This document shows, piece after piece, positions 1 to 9,610 of a DNA stretch of 64,000 nucleotides (its first letter is position 1; every line of letters begins with the position of its first letter). Position numbers and translations under genes: made by a program. The notes below the pieces were generated by a model. That model did no database searches. It was not told where the DNA came from and was given only the letters and a program-made list of their open reading frames with translations. This DNA comes from an uncultured Alphaproteobacteria bacterium (GTDB lineage Bacteria; Pseudomonadota; Alphaproteobacteria; Sphingomonadales; Sphingomonadaceae): NCBI GenBank assembly GCA_963837985.1, contig CAWIPN010000001.1, forward strand, positions 100,418 through 164,417, written 5' to 3'.

Positions 1-1848
1 GTGCTCATCGACGGCAAGCGCATCGCCAACAAGTCAGGCGGCGCGATCGACCAGCTCCAGCGGACGCCCGCCGACAACGTCGAGCGGGTCGAAATCGTCG
101 AGGCAGCGAGCCTTGGCATTGCCGGCCTCACCGGACAGGTGGCCAATGTCATCCTGAAGAGCGATCAAAAATCTTCCGGGCAGTTCGAGTACGATCCTAA
201 CTGGCGGGCACATTTCGCCGAGCCGGACTTCCTCGCCGGCTCCATCAGCTACACGGGAGCGACCGGCCCGCTCGATTACACTTTGTCCTTGAAGAACGAG
301 CCCGGTCGAGGCGCTCTGGGCGGCCCCGTCCTGATCTACGATCGCTACGGCGTTCTCACCGAGCGGCGGATCGAGCGCTATCATTCCGAATACGACCAGG
401 CGAACATGCAGGTGAAGCTCGGCCTTGACGCTCCCGGGTCATCGGTCGCGAACCTCACGCTCGGCTACGCGCCCTACTGGAACCCACAGCACCAGGCAGA
501 CCGGCAAGTCATTCTCCGGTCGGGCGAAGAACGAGCGCGGACCATCGACTCCGCGCTCAGTGGCTTTGTCGCGGACATCAACGGAGATTACGAATTCGCG
601 CTTGGGCCGGGGCGCCTGAAGCTGATCGGGCTTCGACATTGGGAGCATGAACCGCTCAGCCAGGATCTGGTCATGCGCTACATCACCAGCGGTGCTCACG
701 ACAGCGGGACGAGATTCACCCGCGACACGCATATCGGTGAGACGATTGCCCGCGGCGAATATCACTGGAAGAGCGGCCGTAATGATTGGCAGGTCTCGCT
801 CGAGCGCGCATTCAACTCGCTGGACCAGAAGGGCGGGCTTTTCGAGCTAGATCCGGAAGGACAGTTCGTCGACGTCCCGTTCCCCGAGGGAAGCGGGAAG
901 GTCACCGAGGTCCGGTACGAGGGACTCGCGACGCTCAGCCGGCCGATAACATCGAACCTCGATCTGCAGGTCGCCGGAGGGGCCGAGATTTCGGAGCTCG
1001 ATCGAGTCGACGACGACCAGCCGGCGCGGCACTTTGTCCGGCCCAAGGGTAGTGTCACCCTGGGCTGGCGGCCGTCGCGCGGCTGGGATTTGAGCCTGAA
1101 GCTACGCCGCCGGGTCGGGCAGATCAGCTTTTACGACTTTCTCGCCCAGCCAAAGCTGAGCGACGATCGCGAGAATGCCGGCAACCCGGAGCTGGTGCCA
1201 CCGCAAAGCTGGGAAATCGAAACGGAGTTCGCCCGCGACCTCGGCCGGTGGGGAAAGACCCGACTGAACCTCCACTATTATCGCGTCGAGGACATCGTCG
1301 ACTTCATCCCGATCGGCGACCATGGCGAGGGGGTCGGCAACCTGCCACGCGCCGACCGCCTCGGCTTCGAAAGCACGAGCACGTTTCAAATGGATCCCAT
1401 TGGGTGGAGCGGAGCGAAAATCGACGTCGATTTCGGCGCTGAATGGACGTCGGTGAAGGACCCGCTGACCGGCGACAGCAGGCCGATCAGCGGCGTTCGC
1501 ACGAAGTGGGGCAGCATTGGCGTCCGTCATGACATTCCTGGAACGCAGATCGCCTGGAGCGCCTACGTTCAATATAACGATTATGCACGAAGCTTCCTTC
1601 TGACGGAGATCGACCGGACGCTCGACCTGCCGTGGATCGGAGGCTTCTATATCGAAGACAAGAATGTCGCCGGAATGACGGTTCGCTTCTCGGTCGACAA
1701 TGTCCTCGACGGTCTGCTGGACGGCCGCCACAAGGAGTGGCGCTGGGTCTACGAAGGCTATCGCGACCGCACCCCTCTGGCCTTCTTTCAGAAGCAGGAC
1801 GAGCTGGTCGGTCTTCTTTTCAATATTTCGATCAAAGGCAGCTTCTGA
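1..1848 (+). CDS. TonB-dependent receptor (5'-truncated by window edge)
   Basis: Plug-domain remnant (VLIDGKRIANKSG..LQRTPADNVERVEIV), amphipathic beta-strands, GNPELVP motif, C-terminal F (NISIKGSF). Confidence 0.88.
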   Translation: MLIDGKRIANKSGGAIDQLQRTPADNVERVEIVEAASLGIAGLTGQVANVILKSDQKSSGQFEYDPNWRAHFAEPDFLAGSISYTGATGPLDYTLSLKNEPGRGALGGPVLIYDRYGVLTERRIERYHSEYDQANMQVKLGLDAPGSSVANLTLGYAPYWNPQHQADRQVILRSGEERARTIDSALSGFVADINGDYEFALGPGRLKLIGLRHWEHEPLSQDLVMRYITSGAHDSGTRFTRDTHIGETIARGEYHWKSGRNDWQVSLERAFNSLDQKGGLFELDPEGQFVDVPFPEGSGKVTEVRYEGLATLSRPITSNLDLQVAGGAEISELDRVDDDQPARHFVRPKGSVTLGWRPSRGWDLSLKLRRRVGQISFYDFLAQPKLSDDRENAGNPELVPPQSWEIETEFARDLGRWGKTRLNLHYYRVEDIVDFIPIGDHGEGVGNLPRADRLGFESTSTFQMDPIGWSGAKIDVDFGAEWTSVKDPLTGDSRPISGVRTKWGSIGVRHDIPGTQIAWSAYVQYNDYARSFLLTEIDRTLDLPWIGGFYIEDKNVAGMTVRFSVDNVLDGLLDGRHKEWRWVYEGYRDRTPLAFFQKQDELVGLLFNISIKGSF

Positions 1849-1957
1849 TGGTGGCGGCGGCGCGTCCGCTGGCGGAACCGTTGGTCGATTGGTCGAACTG
1901 TGCTGGCAGCCGCCGGCGGGCGACGTAAGCGCCAGCAAAATCACAAAGGGGGTTCCT

Positions 1958-4102
1958 CTGCGTTCAAATCTCGCCTGCGCATCCGTAGCGCTTTTTGCGC
2001 TTGCAGCGTCTCAAGCCGTTCGTGCCCAGGCTGCGGCGGTGGACAGCGCTCCGTCCCAAAAGACCCCGCCCGGTACGGCGGCGACCTCCGCAGCGCCGAC
2101 CGGCCGAACGCAGCGGTACGACGCGTCGTTCTTCAAACCGTTCGCGCCCCGCACGGCACTGGACATCGCCCGCCAGGTACCAGGGATCAGCCTCGATTTC
2201 GGAAACAGCGACGTGCGTGGCTTTTCCGGCGCGGTCGGCAACATCGTCATCAACGGCTCGCGGCCGAGCAGCAAGTCGGAGTCCCTGGAAACGCTGCTTT
2301 CCCGAATTCCAGCGGCGCGCGTCGTCCGCGTCGAAGTCGGCCCGGGCGACCTCTATGGCGCCGACTACGCCAGCAAGGGCCAGGTACTGAACATCGTTCT
2401 TTCGGCGGAATCCGGAATCGATGGAGAAATCAGCGCGTCTGCGCACCGCGACTGGACCGGCCACATCGCTCCGGACGCGACGGTGACGGCGCTCATCAAG
2501 CGCGGGGATTCCAGCTTCAACCTGTCGGCCGGAACCGGGATCAACGATCACACCGAGGAAGGCAGCGACGACCTCTACGACTTTGCCAGCGGCGACCTCC
2601 TGGAACACCGGCGCAAGATCAACACCATCCGGGGGCGGGACCCCTTCCTCTCGGCAAGCTGGGCGCTTGAGCATGGCGACAACGACGCCATTCACCTCAA
2701 CGCGCGGTGGGCGCCAAGCACGTTCAAGCTGACGCAAACCAACCATGTCACACCGTCCGATGGCGGCCCCGAGCGGGACGATTTGCTGATCCAGCATTAC
2801 AAGACGCCTGTAATCGAGCTCGGCGGCGACGTTTCGCGGTCTCTGGCTTCCGGAGCGATCAAGTTGGTCGGTCTCGCGACCCGCCGGAAAAAGGACAATT
2901 TTGACGCCAGTTACAATCGCGGAACGGGTGGCAGCCCCCTTCTCGGCGGCTTCGAGCAAACCGAAAAGGCGAGCCTCCAGGAGACGATCGGCCGCCTGAG
3001 CTACTCGCAGCCAGAGCTGCTGGGCTTCAGCTTCGAAGGCGGTATCGAGGTCGCCTACAACAAGCTGGACGACAATCTCGACCTGTCGCTGATCGACGAC
3101 AGCGGTACCAGGACCCAGATCGATCTACCCATCGACAATGCGACGGTTTCCGAAATCCGGGGCGAAGGATATCTGAACGCCGGGCGATCCCTCTCCAGCA
3201 ACGTCAGGCTCGACCTGGGTCTTCGCTACGAAGCGTCCAGGCTGAAGGTGCGCGGTGATGCCACCGCCGACCGTACGCTGAGATTCCTGAAGCCGAGCGT
3301 CACGCTCGACTGGCGACCGGGGACCGGCTGGCATACGCAGCTCAGTGTTCGCCGAACCGTCGCCCAGCTGAACTTCTACGACTTCATCAGTTCGGCCGAT
3401 CTCGCGTCGGATCGGGTGAATGGCGGCAATGCGAATCTGCAGCCGCAGCGGGCTTGGGAAGCGCAATTCCTGGCGGAAAAGCCTATCCTTGGCGATGGTC
3501 TCGCCAAGGTCGAGCTTGGCTATGACCTGGTGCAGATGCTTCAGGACCGGGTCCTGATTTACGACAGCGAGGGCAATGCGTTCGACGCGCCGGGCAACAT
3601 CGGCACTGGCCGGCGCCAATTCATCGACATCAGCGTCGACGCCCCGCTGAGCGGCCTCGGTTTGTCCGGAGTGCGGTGGAAGGGCAACGTCACCTTCAAC
3701 AGGACGCGCGTCGAGGACCCGATCTGGCACACCCAACGCCGGTGGACTGATAATTCCGCCAACTGGCCCTGGTTCAACTGGTACACCGAGCTGAGAAGAG
3801 ATGCCGGGTCGCTGTCCTACGGCGTTGCCGCCTCCGACCGGGACAAGTTCTACATTTACAGGACCGACGAGATCTACAGCAATTGGAACGGCGGCCCATA
3901 TGGGACGGCGTTCGTCGAGTACCGTCCGGATTCGAAGACGACGATCCGCCTCGACGCCGACAACATCTTCGACACCGACGCTCATGCACACCGGCTTCTG
4001 TACCGGCCGAACCGGACGGCCACCGACCCGCTGTTCGTCGAGGACCGCGAGCGGAATATCCACACGTCGTTCACTCTGACGGTGAAGCGGAGCTTCGGCT
4101 GA
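1958..4102 (+). CDS. TonB-dependent receptor, paralog of the upstream receptor; start uncertain (CTG at 1958 or upstream TTG)
   Basis: Signal-peptide-like (L)RSNLACASVALFALAASQAVRAQ after AAAGGGGG; plug motif NIVINGSRPSSKS..IPAARVVRVEV; FYDF..GNANLQPQRAWE; ends TLTVKRSFG. Confidence 0.88.
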   Translation: MRSNLACASVALFALAASQAVRAQAAAVDSAPSQKTPPGTAATSAAPTGRTQRYDASFFKPFAPRTALDIARQVPGISLDFGNSDVRGFSGAVGNIVINGSRPSSKSESLETLLSRIPAARVVRVEVGPGDLYGADYASKGQVLNIVLSAESGIDGEISASAHRDWTGHIAPDATVTALIKRGDSSFNLSAGTGINDHTEEGSDDLYDFASGDLLEHRRKINTIRGRDPFLSASWALEHGDNDAIHLNARWAPSTFKLTQTNHVTPSDGGPERDDLLIQHYKTPVIELGGDVSRSLASGAIKLVGLATRRKKDNFDASYNRGTGGSPLLGGFEQTEKASLQETIGRLSYSQPELLGFSFEGGIEVAYNKLDDNLDLSLIDDSGTRTQIDLPIDNATVSEIRGEGYLNAGRSLSSNVRLDLGLRYEASRLKVRGDATADRTLRFLKPSVTLDWRPGTGWHTQLSVRRTVAQLNFYDFISSADLASDRVNGGNANLQPQRAWEAQFLAEKPILGDGLAKVELGYDLVQMLQDRVLIYDSEGNAFDAPGNIGTGRRQFIDISVDAPLSGLGLSGVRWKGNVTFNRTRVEDPIWHTQRRWTDNSANWPWFNWYTELRRDAGSLSYGVAASDRDKFYIYRTDEIYSNWNGGPYGTAFVEYRPDSKTTIRLDADNIFDTDAHAHRLLYRPNRTATDPLFVEDRERNIHTSFTLTVKRSFG

Positions 4103-4170
4103 GGGTGGCGAAGTCGCTGCTCTGGCGCTAGACGAGCGCCGACTTTCCGAAAGCTTCAGGGGTTTCCACA

Positions 4171-5361
4171 GTGGCCGAGCCTGCCATCCTGCCGTTCGAC
4201 TGGTCCGATCCGTTCGACCTGGACTCGCAATTGAGCGACGAGGAACGACTCGTCCGCGACACGGCCGAGGGATATGCGCAGGAAAAGCTGCAGCCGCGAG
4301 TTACGCGGGCCTATCTCGAGGAGAGCTTCGACCGCGACATCCTCAGCGAGATGGGGGAACTCGGGCTGCTCGGCGCCACGATCCCCGAGGAATATGGCGG
4401 GGCCGGACTTGGCTACGTCAGCTACGGCCTGATCGCGCGCGCCGTGGAGCGGGTAGACAGCGGCTATCGCTCGGCGATGAGCGTCCAGTCGAGCCTCGTG
4501 ATGTACCCGATCTATGCCTATGGGACCGAAGAGCAGCGCAAGGCCTACCTACCCCGGCTCGCGAGCGGCGAAATCGTCGGCTGTTTTGGCCTGACGGAGC
4601 CGGATTCGGGCTCCGACCCGGGAAGCATGCGCACACGCGCGCAGAAGATCGACGGCGGCTACCGCCTCAGCGGCAACAAGATGTGGATTACCAATTCGCC
4701 AATTGCCGACGTGTTCGTGGTCTGGGCCAAGTCGGACGCTCACGACGGGAAGATCCGCGGCTTCATCCTCGACAAGGGAGCGAAGGGTCTGTCGGCGCCC
4801 AAGATCAAGGAGAAGCTGTCGCTTCGTGCTTCGATCACTGGCGAGATCGTCATGGACAATGTCGAAGTCGGCGAGGACGCGCTGCTGCCGAACGTCGAAG
4901 GGTTGAAAGGTCCGTTCGGCTGTCTCAACCGGGCCCGCTACGGGATCGGTTGGGGCGCGATGGGCGCGGCCGAATTCTGTTGCAACGCGGCTCGGCAGTA
5001 CACGCTGGACCGAAAACAGTTCGGAAAGCCGCTCGCCTCGACACAGCTCGTCCAGCTCAAGCTTGCCAACATGATCACAGAGATCACGCTCGGCCTCCAG
5101 GCAGCGCTTCGAGTCGGTCGACGCCTCGATGACGGCCAACTGGTTCCCGAGACGATCAGCCTCCTCAAGCGCAACAATTGCGGAAAGGCGCTGGAGATCG
5201 CGCGAATCGCCCGCGACATGCTCGGCGGCAACGGGATCAGCGCCGAATTCCAGGTAATGCGTCACGCCGCCAACCTGGAAACGGTGAACACATACGAGGG
5301 TACGCACGACGTGCACGCGCTCATTCTCGGTCGCGCCATCACCGGAATCGCCGCCTTCTAG
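4171..5361 (+). CDS. gcdH: Acyl-CoA dehydrogenase, glutaryl-CoA dehydrogenase-like
   Basis: [49 protein letters not shown] motifs. Confidence 0.88.
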   Translation: MAEPAILPFDWSDPFDLDSQLSDEERLVRDTAEGYAQEKLQPRVTRAYLEESFDRDILSEMGELGLLGATIPEEYGGAGLGYVSYGLIARAVERVDSGYRSAMSVQSSLVMYPIYAYGTEEQRKAYLPRLASGEIVGCFGLTEPDSGSDPGSMRTRAQKIDGGYRLSGNKMWITNSPIADVFVVWAKSDAHDGKIRGFILDKGAKGLSAPKIKEKLSLRASITGEIVMDNVEVGEDALLPNVEGLKGPFGCLNRARYGIGWGAMGAAEFCCNAARQYTLDRKQFGKPLASTQLVQLKLANMITEITLGLQAALRVGRRLDDGQLVPETISLLKRNNCGKALEIARIARDMLGGNGISAEFQVMRHAANLETVNTYEGTHDVHALILGRAITGIAAF

Positions 5362-5412
5362 CGGACAGCGCCGGATTTCCTTAAACTTTCCCCGCGCAAA
5401 GGGGGAAAGCGA

Positions 5413-5979
5413 ATGATCACCTGGATTGTCCTTGGCGTCGTCGTCCTGCTGCTTCTGTACGCAGTGGGCATTTACAACCGTCTCGTCCGGCTTCGCGCCC
5501 TCGTCAAAGAGGCGTTCAGCGGCATTACCGTCCAGCTTCGGCGGAGAGCTGACCTCATCCCGAACCTCGTCGAAACGGTCCAGGGCTATGCAACTCACGA
5601 GCGCGAGGTGTTCGAGGAGGTGACGGCACGGCGAGCTGAAGCGGTCCAGGCGCGAAGCGTCGAGCAGACGGCCCAGGCCGACGCGGCGATGACCGGGTTG
5701 CTCGGGCGGTTGCTCGCGGTCGCCGAGAACTATCCGCAGCTGAAGGCCAACGAGAATTTCCTTCAGCTCCAGGACCAGCTGGCGAGTATCGAGAGCGAGC
5801 TCCAAGGCGCGCGGCGCTATTACAACGCCACCGTTCGGGACCTCAACGCCACGATCCAGAGTTTTCCGCCAGTCCTGGTCGCCCGGCCCATGGGTTTCTC
5901 CGAGGAGCCGTTCTACCGGGACGAAGACCAGAGCATCCAGGCTGCTCCGAAAGTCGCGTTTCCCCGCCCGCCGGCGTGA
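5413..5979 (+). CDS. lemA: LemA family protein
   Basis: N-terminal TM, YN.LV.L, LRRRADLIPNLV, AENYPQLKANENFL, RRYYN. Confidence 0.95.
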   Translation: MITWIVLGVVVLLLLYAVGIYNRLVRLRALVKEAFSGITVQLRRRADLIPNLVETVQGYATHEREVFEEVTARRAEAVQARSVEQTAQADAAMTGLLGRLLAVAENYPQLKANENFLQLQDQLASIESELQGARRYYNATVRDLNATIQSFPPVLVARPMGFSEEPFYRDEDQSIQAAPKVAFPRPPA

Positions 5980-7877
5980 CCGTGCGACATCTTCGGCTCG
6001 TCCTCGCCGCGCTGCTGTTAGCCGCCGCGCCCGCCGGGGCGGAAGAGCGGATCACGAGCTTTGTCAGCGATGTCGCCATCCAGCCGGACTCGGCGCTCGA
6101 AGTTACCGAGACAGTCGACGTCCACTCGGAGGGAGACCGGATCCGACACGGCATCTACCGCGATTTCCCGACCCTCTATCGCAGCCGCAACGGCGGCCGC
6201 GTCCGGGTCGGCTTCACCTTTGAAGGCGCCGAACGAGACGGCCGCACCGAGCCGGCAACGGTGGAGCCGCTGGCCAATGGCGTAAGGATGAAGATCGGCA
6301 GCGCCGACACGCAAGTCGAGCCCGGCGACCATCGCTACGTCATCCGGTACCGGACCACGAGGCAGGTCGGGCGGTTCGAGGGTTTTGACGAACTCTATTG
6401 GAATGCGACCGGCAACGACTGGGCGTTCCCGATCGATGTGGCGGAAGCGCGGATCCGCCTCCCCTCCCCGGTCAGCTTCGGCAAGCGGGCCGCCTACACG
6501 GGACCGCAGGGATCGACCGAACACAACGCGGAGGTCGTTTCGGAAGCTCCGGGCGAAATCGCGTTCCGCACGACAGCGCCGCTCGCTCCGCACGAGGGGC
6601 TGACGGTTGCCGCCGCCTTCCCGAAAGCCGTTGTCGGCGAACCCGCTGCGTCCAGCCGCCTTGGCTGGTGGCTGAGCGACTATGGCCCACCGGCCATCGC
6701 TGCCCTCGCCCTGTTCGGCCTCTTGGCCTTCTATTTCGTTGCCTGGCGCCGCGTCGGGCGCGACCCTCGGGCAGGAACGGTCGTTCCGATCTTCAATCCG
6801 CCCGATGACCTCAGTCCCGCCGGGATGCGTTACGTCCGCCACATGTCGGCCGACAATCGAGCCTTCGCCGCGGCGCTCGTCGACATGGGCGTGCGCGGCC
6901 ACGTCAGGATTTACGAAGAGGACGGAGGCTGGTTTTCCAGCGACACGCGGCGGATCGAACGGCTGCCCGGTTCGTCGCCCCTTCCCGAGGAAGAACAGGT
7001 GGCCCTCGACGCGCTCGCTTCGACTGGTGAAGTCGTCGAGATGAAGCAAGAGAACTGGCGCACTTTCTCCTCTGCGGAGAGTGCGTTGGAGCACGTCCTT
7101 CGTGCCAAATACGAAGGGCGGATATTCAAACGGAACACCGGCTGGGCGATTGCGGGCTTCGGCCTGTTTCTCGTCGGCTTGTGGCTTGCCGCAGCGTCGA
7201 TCTCGATCGCCATCGGATTTGCGGACACGGTGACCATCGTCGTTGCCCTCGGAGCGGGCGTAACGGCGGTGCTTTTCATTGTCGTCCAGCACAGGATCGG
7301 ACCGCGGGCAACCTGCCTGTTCAGCGGCCTCGGCCTCCTCTTCGCCTTCGGTGCTCTGGCTCTTGGCTTGCCGCTGTTCGTGCAGGCGCTTGCGAGTGGG
7401 TGGTGGTTCCCGCTCCTCCTTCCGTCACTCGCGCTGCCGGTCGTGATTTCCGCATTCTGGTGGATGTCGGCTCCAACTGCGGCTGGACGGCAGGTGCTCG
7501 ACCACATAGCCGGGTTCGAGCAGTATCTCTCGATAACGGAACGAGAGCGGCTGGACCGAATGACGCCTCCCGAGGACACACCCGAGTTGTTCGAGAAATA
7601 CCTCCCCTACGCGATCGCACTCGGTGTCGAGAATCGCTGGGCGGACCGTTTCGCTCCGGTCCTTGCCGCGGCGGCTGCCCAGGGGCACCAGGGATTCGCC
7701 TGGTATTCGGGCTCGCACAGTCCGTGGAGCGACCCCGGTCGTTTCGTCTCGAGCGTCGGCTCGTCTCTTGCGACCAGCGTCAGCTCCGCGTCGAGCGCGC
7801 CCGGGTCAAGCAGCGGATCGGGCGGCGGCGGTTCTTCAGGAGGTGGTGGTGGCGGCGGTGGCGGCGGAGGCTGGTAA
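5976..7877 (+). CDS. DUF2207-family membrane protein
   Basis: Signal peptide, GIYRDFPT, ELYWNATG, several TMs, LPYAIALGVE..WA, Gly/Ser-rich tail GGGSSGGGGGGGGGGGW; GTGA overlap with lemA. Confidence 0.9.
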   Translation: MTVRHLRLVLAALLLAAAPAGAEERITSFVSDVAIQPDSALEVTETVDVHSEGDRIRHGIYRDFPTLYRSRNGGRVRVGFTFEGAERDGRTEPATVEPLANGVRMKIGSADTQVEPGDHRYVIRYRTTRQVGRFEGFDELYWNATGNDWAFPIDVAEARIRLPSPVSFGKRAAYTGPQGSTEHNAEVVSEAPGEIAFRTTAPLAPHEGLTVAAAFPKAVVGEPAASSRLGWWLSDYGPPAIAALALFGLLAFYFVAWRRVGRDPRAGTVVPIFNPPDDLSPAGMRYVRHMSADNRAFAAALVDMGVRGHVRIYEEDGGWFSSDTRRIERLPGSSPLPEEEQVALDALASTGEVVEMKQENWRTFSSAESALEHVLRAKYEGRIFKRNTGWAIAGFGLFLVGLWLAAASISIAIGFADTVTIVVALGAGVTAVLFIVVQHRIGPRATCLFSGLGLLFAFGALALGLPLFVQALASGWWFPLLLPSLALPVVISAFWWMSAPTAAGRQVLDHIAGFEQYLSITERERLDRMTPPEDTPELFEKYLPYAIALGVENRWADRFAPVLAAAAAQGHQGFAWYSGSHSPWSDPGRFVSSVGSSLATSVSSASSAPGSSSGSGGGGSSGGGGGGGGGGGW

Positions 7878-8408
7878 TCACCACGCCGGTCGTTTCAGGA
7901 CGACCGTCGGAGAACCGTGGTAAGCGCTTTCGCAGACCCGCTCGAAGCCGAGCTTGTCGGCTAGCTTGAGCGACGGTTCGTTAGCGGGAGCGATGATCGC
8001 CCAGATCGGCGTCGGCTCGAGATTGTCGCGCGCCCAATCCAGAACCGCTCGGCAGCTTTCCGACGCCAGTCCCTGCCCGTGCGTCTCGGTCGCGAAAATC
8101 CAGCCCATCTCCGGCTCCTCGCCGAACTCGGGCTCCAGGTCCCTCCAGCCGATGAACAAGCCGACATTGCCGACCAGCGCCTTGTCGCTCTTGCGCTCCA
8201 CGGCCCAGGTGCCGAATCCGTCGAACTGCCAGCCGCCCACCGCTGCCCGCAGCCGGCGCCAGCATTCTTCCGCACCCATCGGCTCAGGCCCGAAGTGCCG
8301 GTGCACCTCGGGCTCCCGCATGATTGCGTGATAGGGACGGAAGTCGTCCTTCCGCCACGGACGAAGGGTCAGCCGCTCCGTTTCGATATGCGGAGCTTCG
8401 CGGATCAC
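7878..8408 (-). CDS. RimJ/RimL-type GNAT N-acetyltransferase
   Basis: IETERLTLRPW, EMGWIF..HGQGLASE, N.PSLKLADKLGF. Confidence 0.9.
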   Translation of the reverse strand: MIREAPHIETERLTLRPWRKDDFRPYHAIMREPEVHRHFGPEPMGAEECWRRLRAAVGGWQFDGFGTWAVERKSDKALVGNVGLFIGWRDLEPEFGEEPEMGWIFATETHGQGLASESCRAVLDWARDNLEPTPIWAIIAPANEPSLKLADKLGFERVCESAYHGSPTVVLKRPAW

Positions 8409-8411
8409 CTG

Positions 8412-8642
8412 TTACTTCTTGCCGAGCTTGAGCCCGCCAAAGCGCTTGTTGAAGCGCGCAACCTGGCCGCCAGTGTCGAGCAGCTTCTGATTGCCGCCCG
8501 TCCATGCGGGGTGAACCTTGGGATCGATGTCGAGATGAAGCGTGTCGCCTTCTTTGCCCCAGGTCGAACGAGTTTCGAACTTGGTGCCGTCGGTCATCTC
8601 GACCGTGATGGTGTGGTAGTCGGGGTGGGTGCCGGATTTCAT
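8412..8642 (-). CDS. rpmE: 50S ribosomal protein L31 (no Cys, non-zinc type)
   Basis: [35 protein letters not shown]. Confidence 0.97.
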   Translation of the reverse strand: MKSGTHPDYHTITVEMTDGTKFETRSTWGKEGDTLHLDIDPKVHPAWTGGNQKLLDTGGQVARFNKRFGGLKLGKK

Positions 8643-8750
8643 GTCTGTGTCCTTGAGATTGGCTGGTTTCCGACCAGCCGAAACAGGGTCTTCGTCAAAA
8701 TGTCCTTTGGCGAGGTCCCATCAGGTTGCGGCCCCTTATATGGGGGTGGC

Positions 8751-9317
8751 TCAAGATGCAACCGAGACACGCCGGCGGATGGCCGGGAGCCGGTCCTCGG
8801 CAAGTGCAAATCCGCCGAACAGAAGGGCCGAATACAACAGGTCGCCGGCGAGGCTGTTCTGAAAGAACGGAATGGCCGCGACATAGCAGGCCGCAAGACC
8901 TTGCGCGGTTTGCGGATAGAGCCCGCTGAACAGCCACACGCCCAGATTGGTCAGCACGAAGAACAGGATCGAGCTCGAAATCGCGGCTGCCCCGATGGCG
9001 AGCGCAGTCTTGCGCCGTGCGACGGCCCAACCGATGAGAACTGTGAGCGCGAAGCTTGCGTAGACGAAGCCGATCCCCGGATAAAAACCGCCAAGAACAG
9101 CGTCGCTGACGAGCAAGGCTCCGAACGGTGCCGCGAAGGCCAGCGACTTCTTCGGTAACTGCGCTCCGCTGAACAGCGCCATCGCCGCGATGGGCGAAAA
9201 ATTGGGCGGATGCGGGACCAGGCGAAGTGCGGCTGCGCCGGCGATTGCGGTCAGTATCGCCAGCAGTCGGGCGTTGCTGTCGAAGCGAGTTGCGTCGTTG
9301 GCCATGCTGGCGCTCAT
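8751..9317 (-). CDS. DUF6580-like integral membrane protein (putative vitamin transporter, S-component-like)
   Basis: LRLVPHPPNFSPIAAMALFSGA, ILFFVLTNLGVW, Y..AIPFFQNSLAGDLLY motifs; about 6 hydrophobic segments. Confidence 0.75.
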   Translation of the reverse strand: MSASMANDATRFDSNARLLAILTAIAGAAALRLVPHPPNFSPIAAMALFSGAQLPKKSLAFAAPFGALLVSDAVLGGFYPGIGFVYASFALTVLIGWAVARRKTALAIGAAAISSSILFFVLTNLGVWLFSGLYPQTAQGLAACYVAAIPFFQNSLAGDLLYSALLFGGFALAEDRLPAIRRRVSVAS

Positions 9318-9335
9318 AACCGCCCCGCCGGTCGA

Positions 9336-9363
9336 TTGACAATCGCTGCGTGGCGGCGGAATC
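9336..9363 (+). promoter_or_regulatory. Candidate sigma70 -35 (TTGACA) for the riboswitch-btuB transcript, inside palindrome CGATTG-A-CAATCG
   Basis: Exact TTGACA at 9336-9341 about 30 nt upstream of the aptamer; -10 element weak. Confidence 0.4.
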
Positions 9364-9370
9364 CTCGTAC

Positions 9371-9503
9371 AACGACGAGGGTGCCGTCCACGGTGTTCGC
9401 ACCGATGGGGGCGGTGAAAAGGGAAGCCGGTGCAAATCCGGCGCTGTGCCCGCAACTGTAAGGCCGCCGGCTTGCGGCCGAGCCAGGAACCTGCCTTCGT
9501 CGG
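9371..9503 (+). ncRNA. Cobalamin riboswitch (short form, no long P6 extension)
   Basis: GGTG..AAAAGGGAAGCCGGTGCAAATCCGGCGCTGTGCCCGCAACTGTAA..GAGCCAGGAACCTGCC core; P1 CGACGAGG/CCTTCGTCG; UUCG-capped P2; upstream of a TonB receptor. Confidence 0.95.
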
Positions 9504-9610
9504 TCGTCCGCACCCGGCCGGGACCAGCCGAGACTGCGTGGTGCCGGCTGGGCTCGCCCCGGCGGCTCCTCCGAGGCGACGCTAACGTGTCGTTTCAGGA
9601 GGCAAGACAA

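Noticed and set aside
1699-1730. LDG-LLDG duplication in the first TonB receptor
   Set aside because: In-frame, imperfect, a few residues in a probable loop; no evidence of functional meaning.
7820-7877. GGN/GGC microsatellite
   Set aside because: It encodes the normal Gly-rich tail of DUF2207 proteins.
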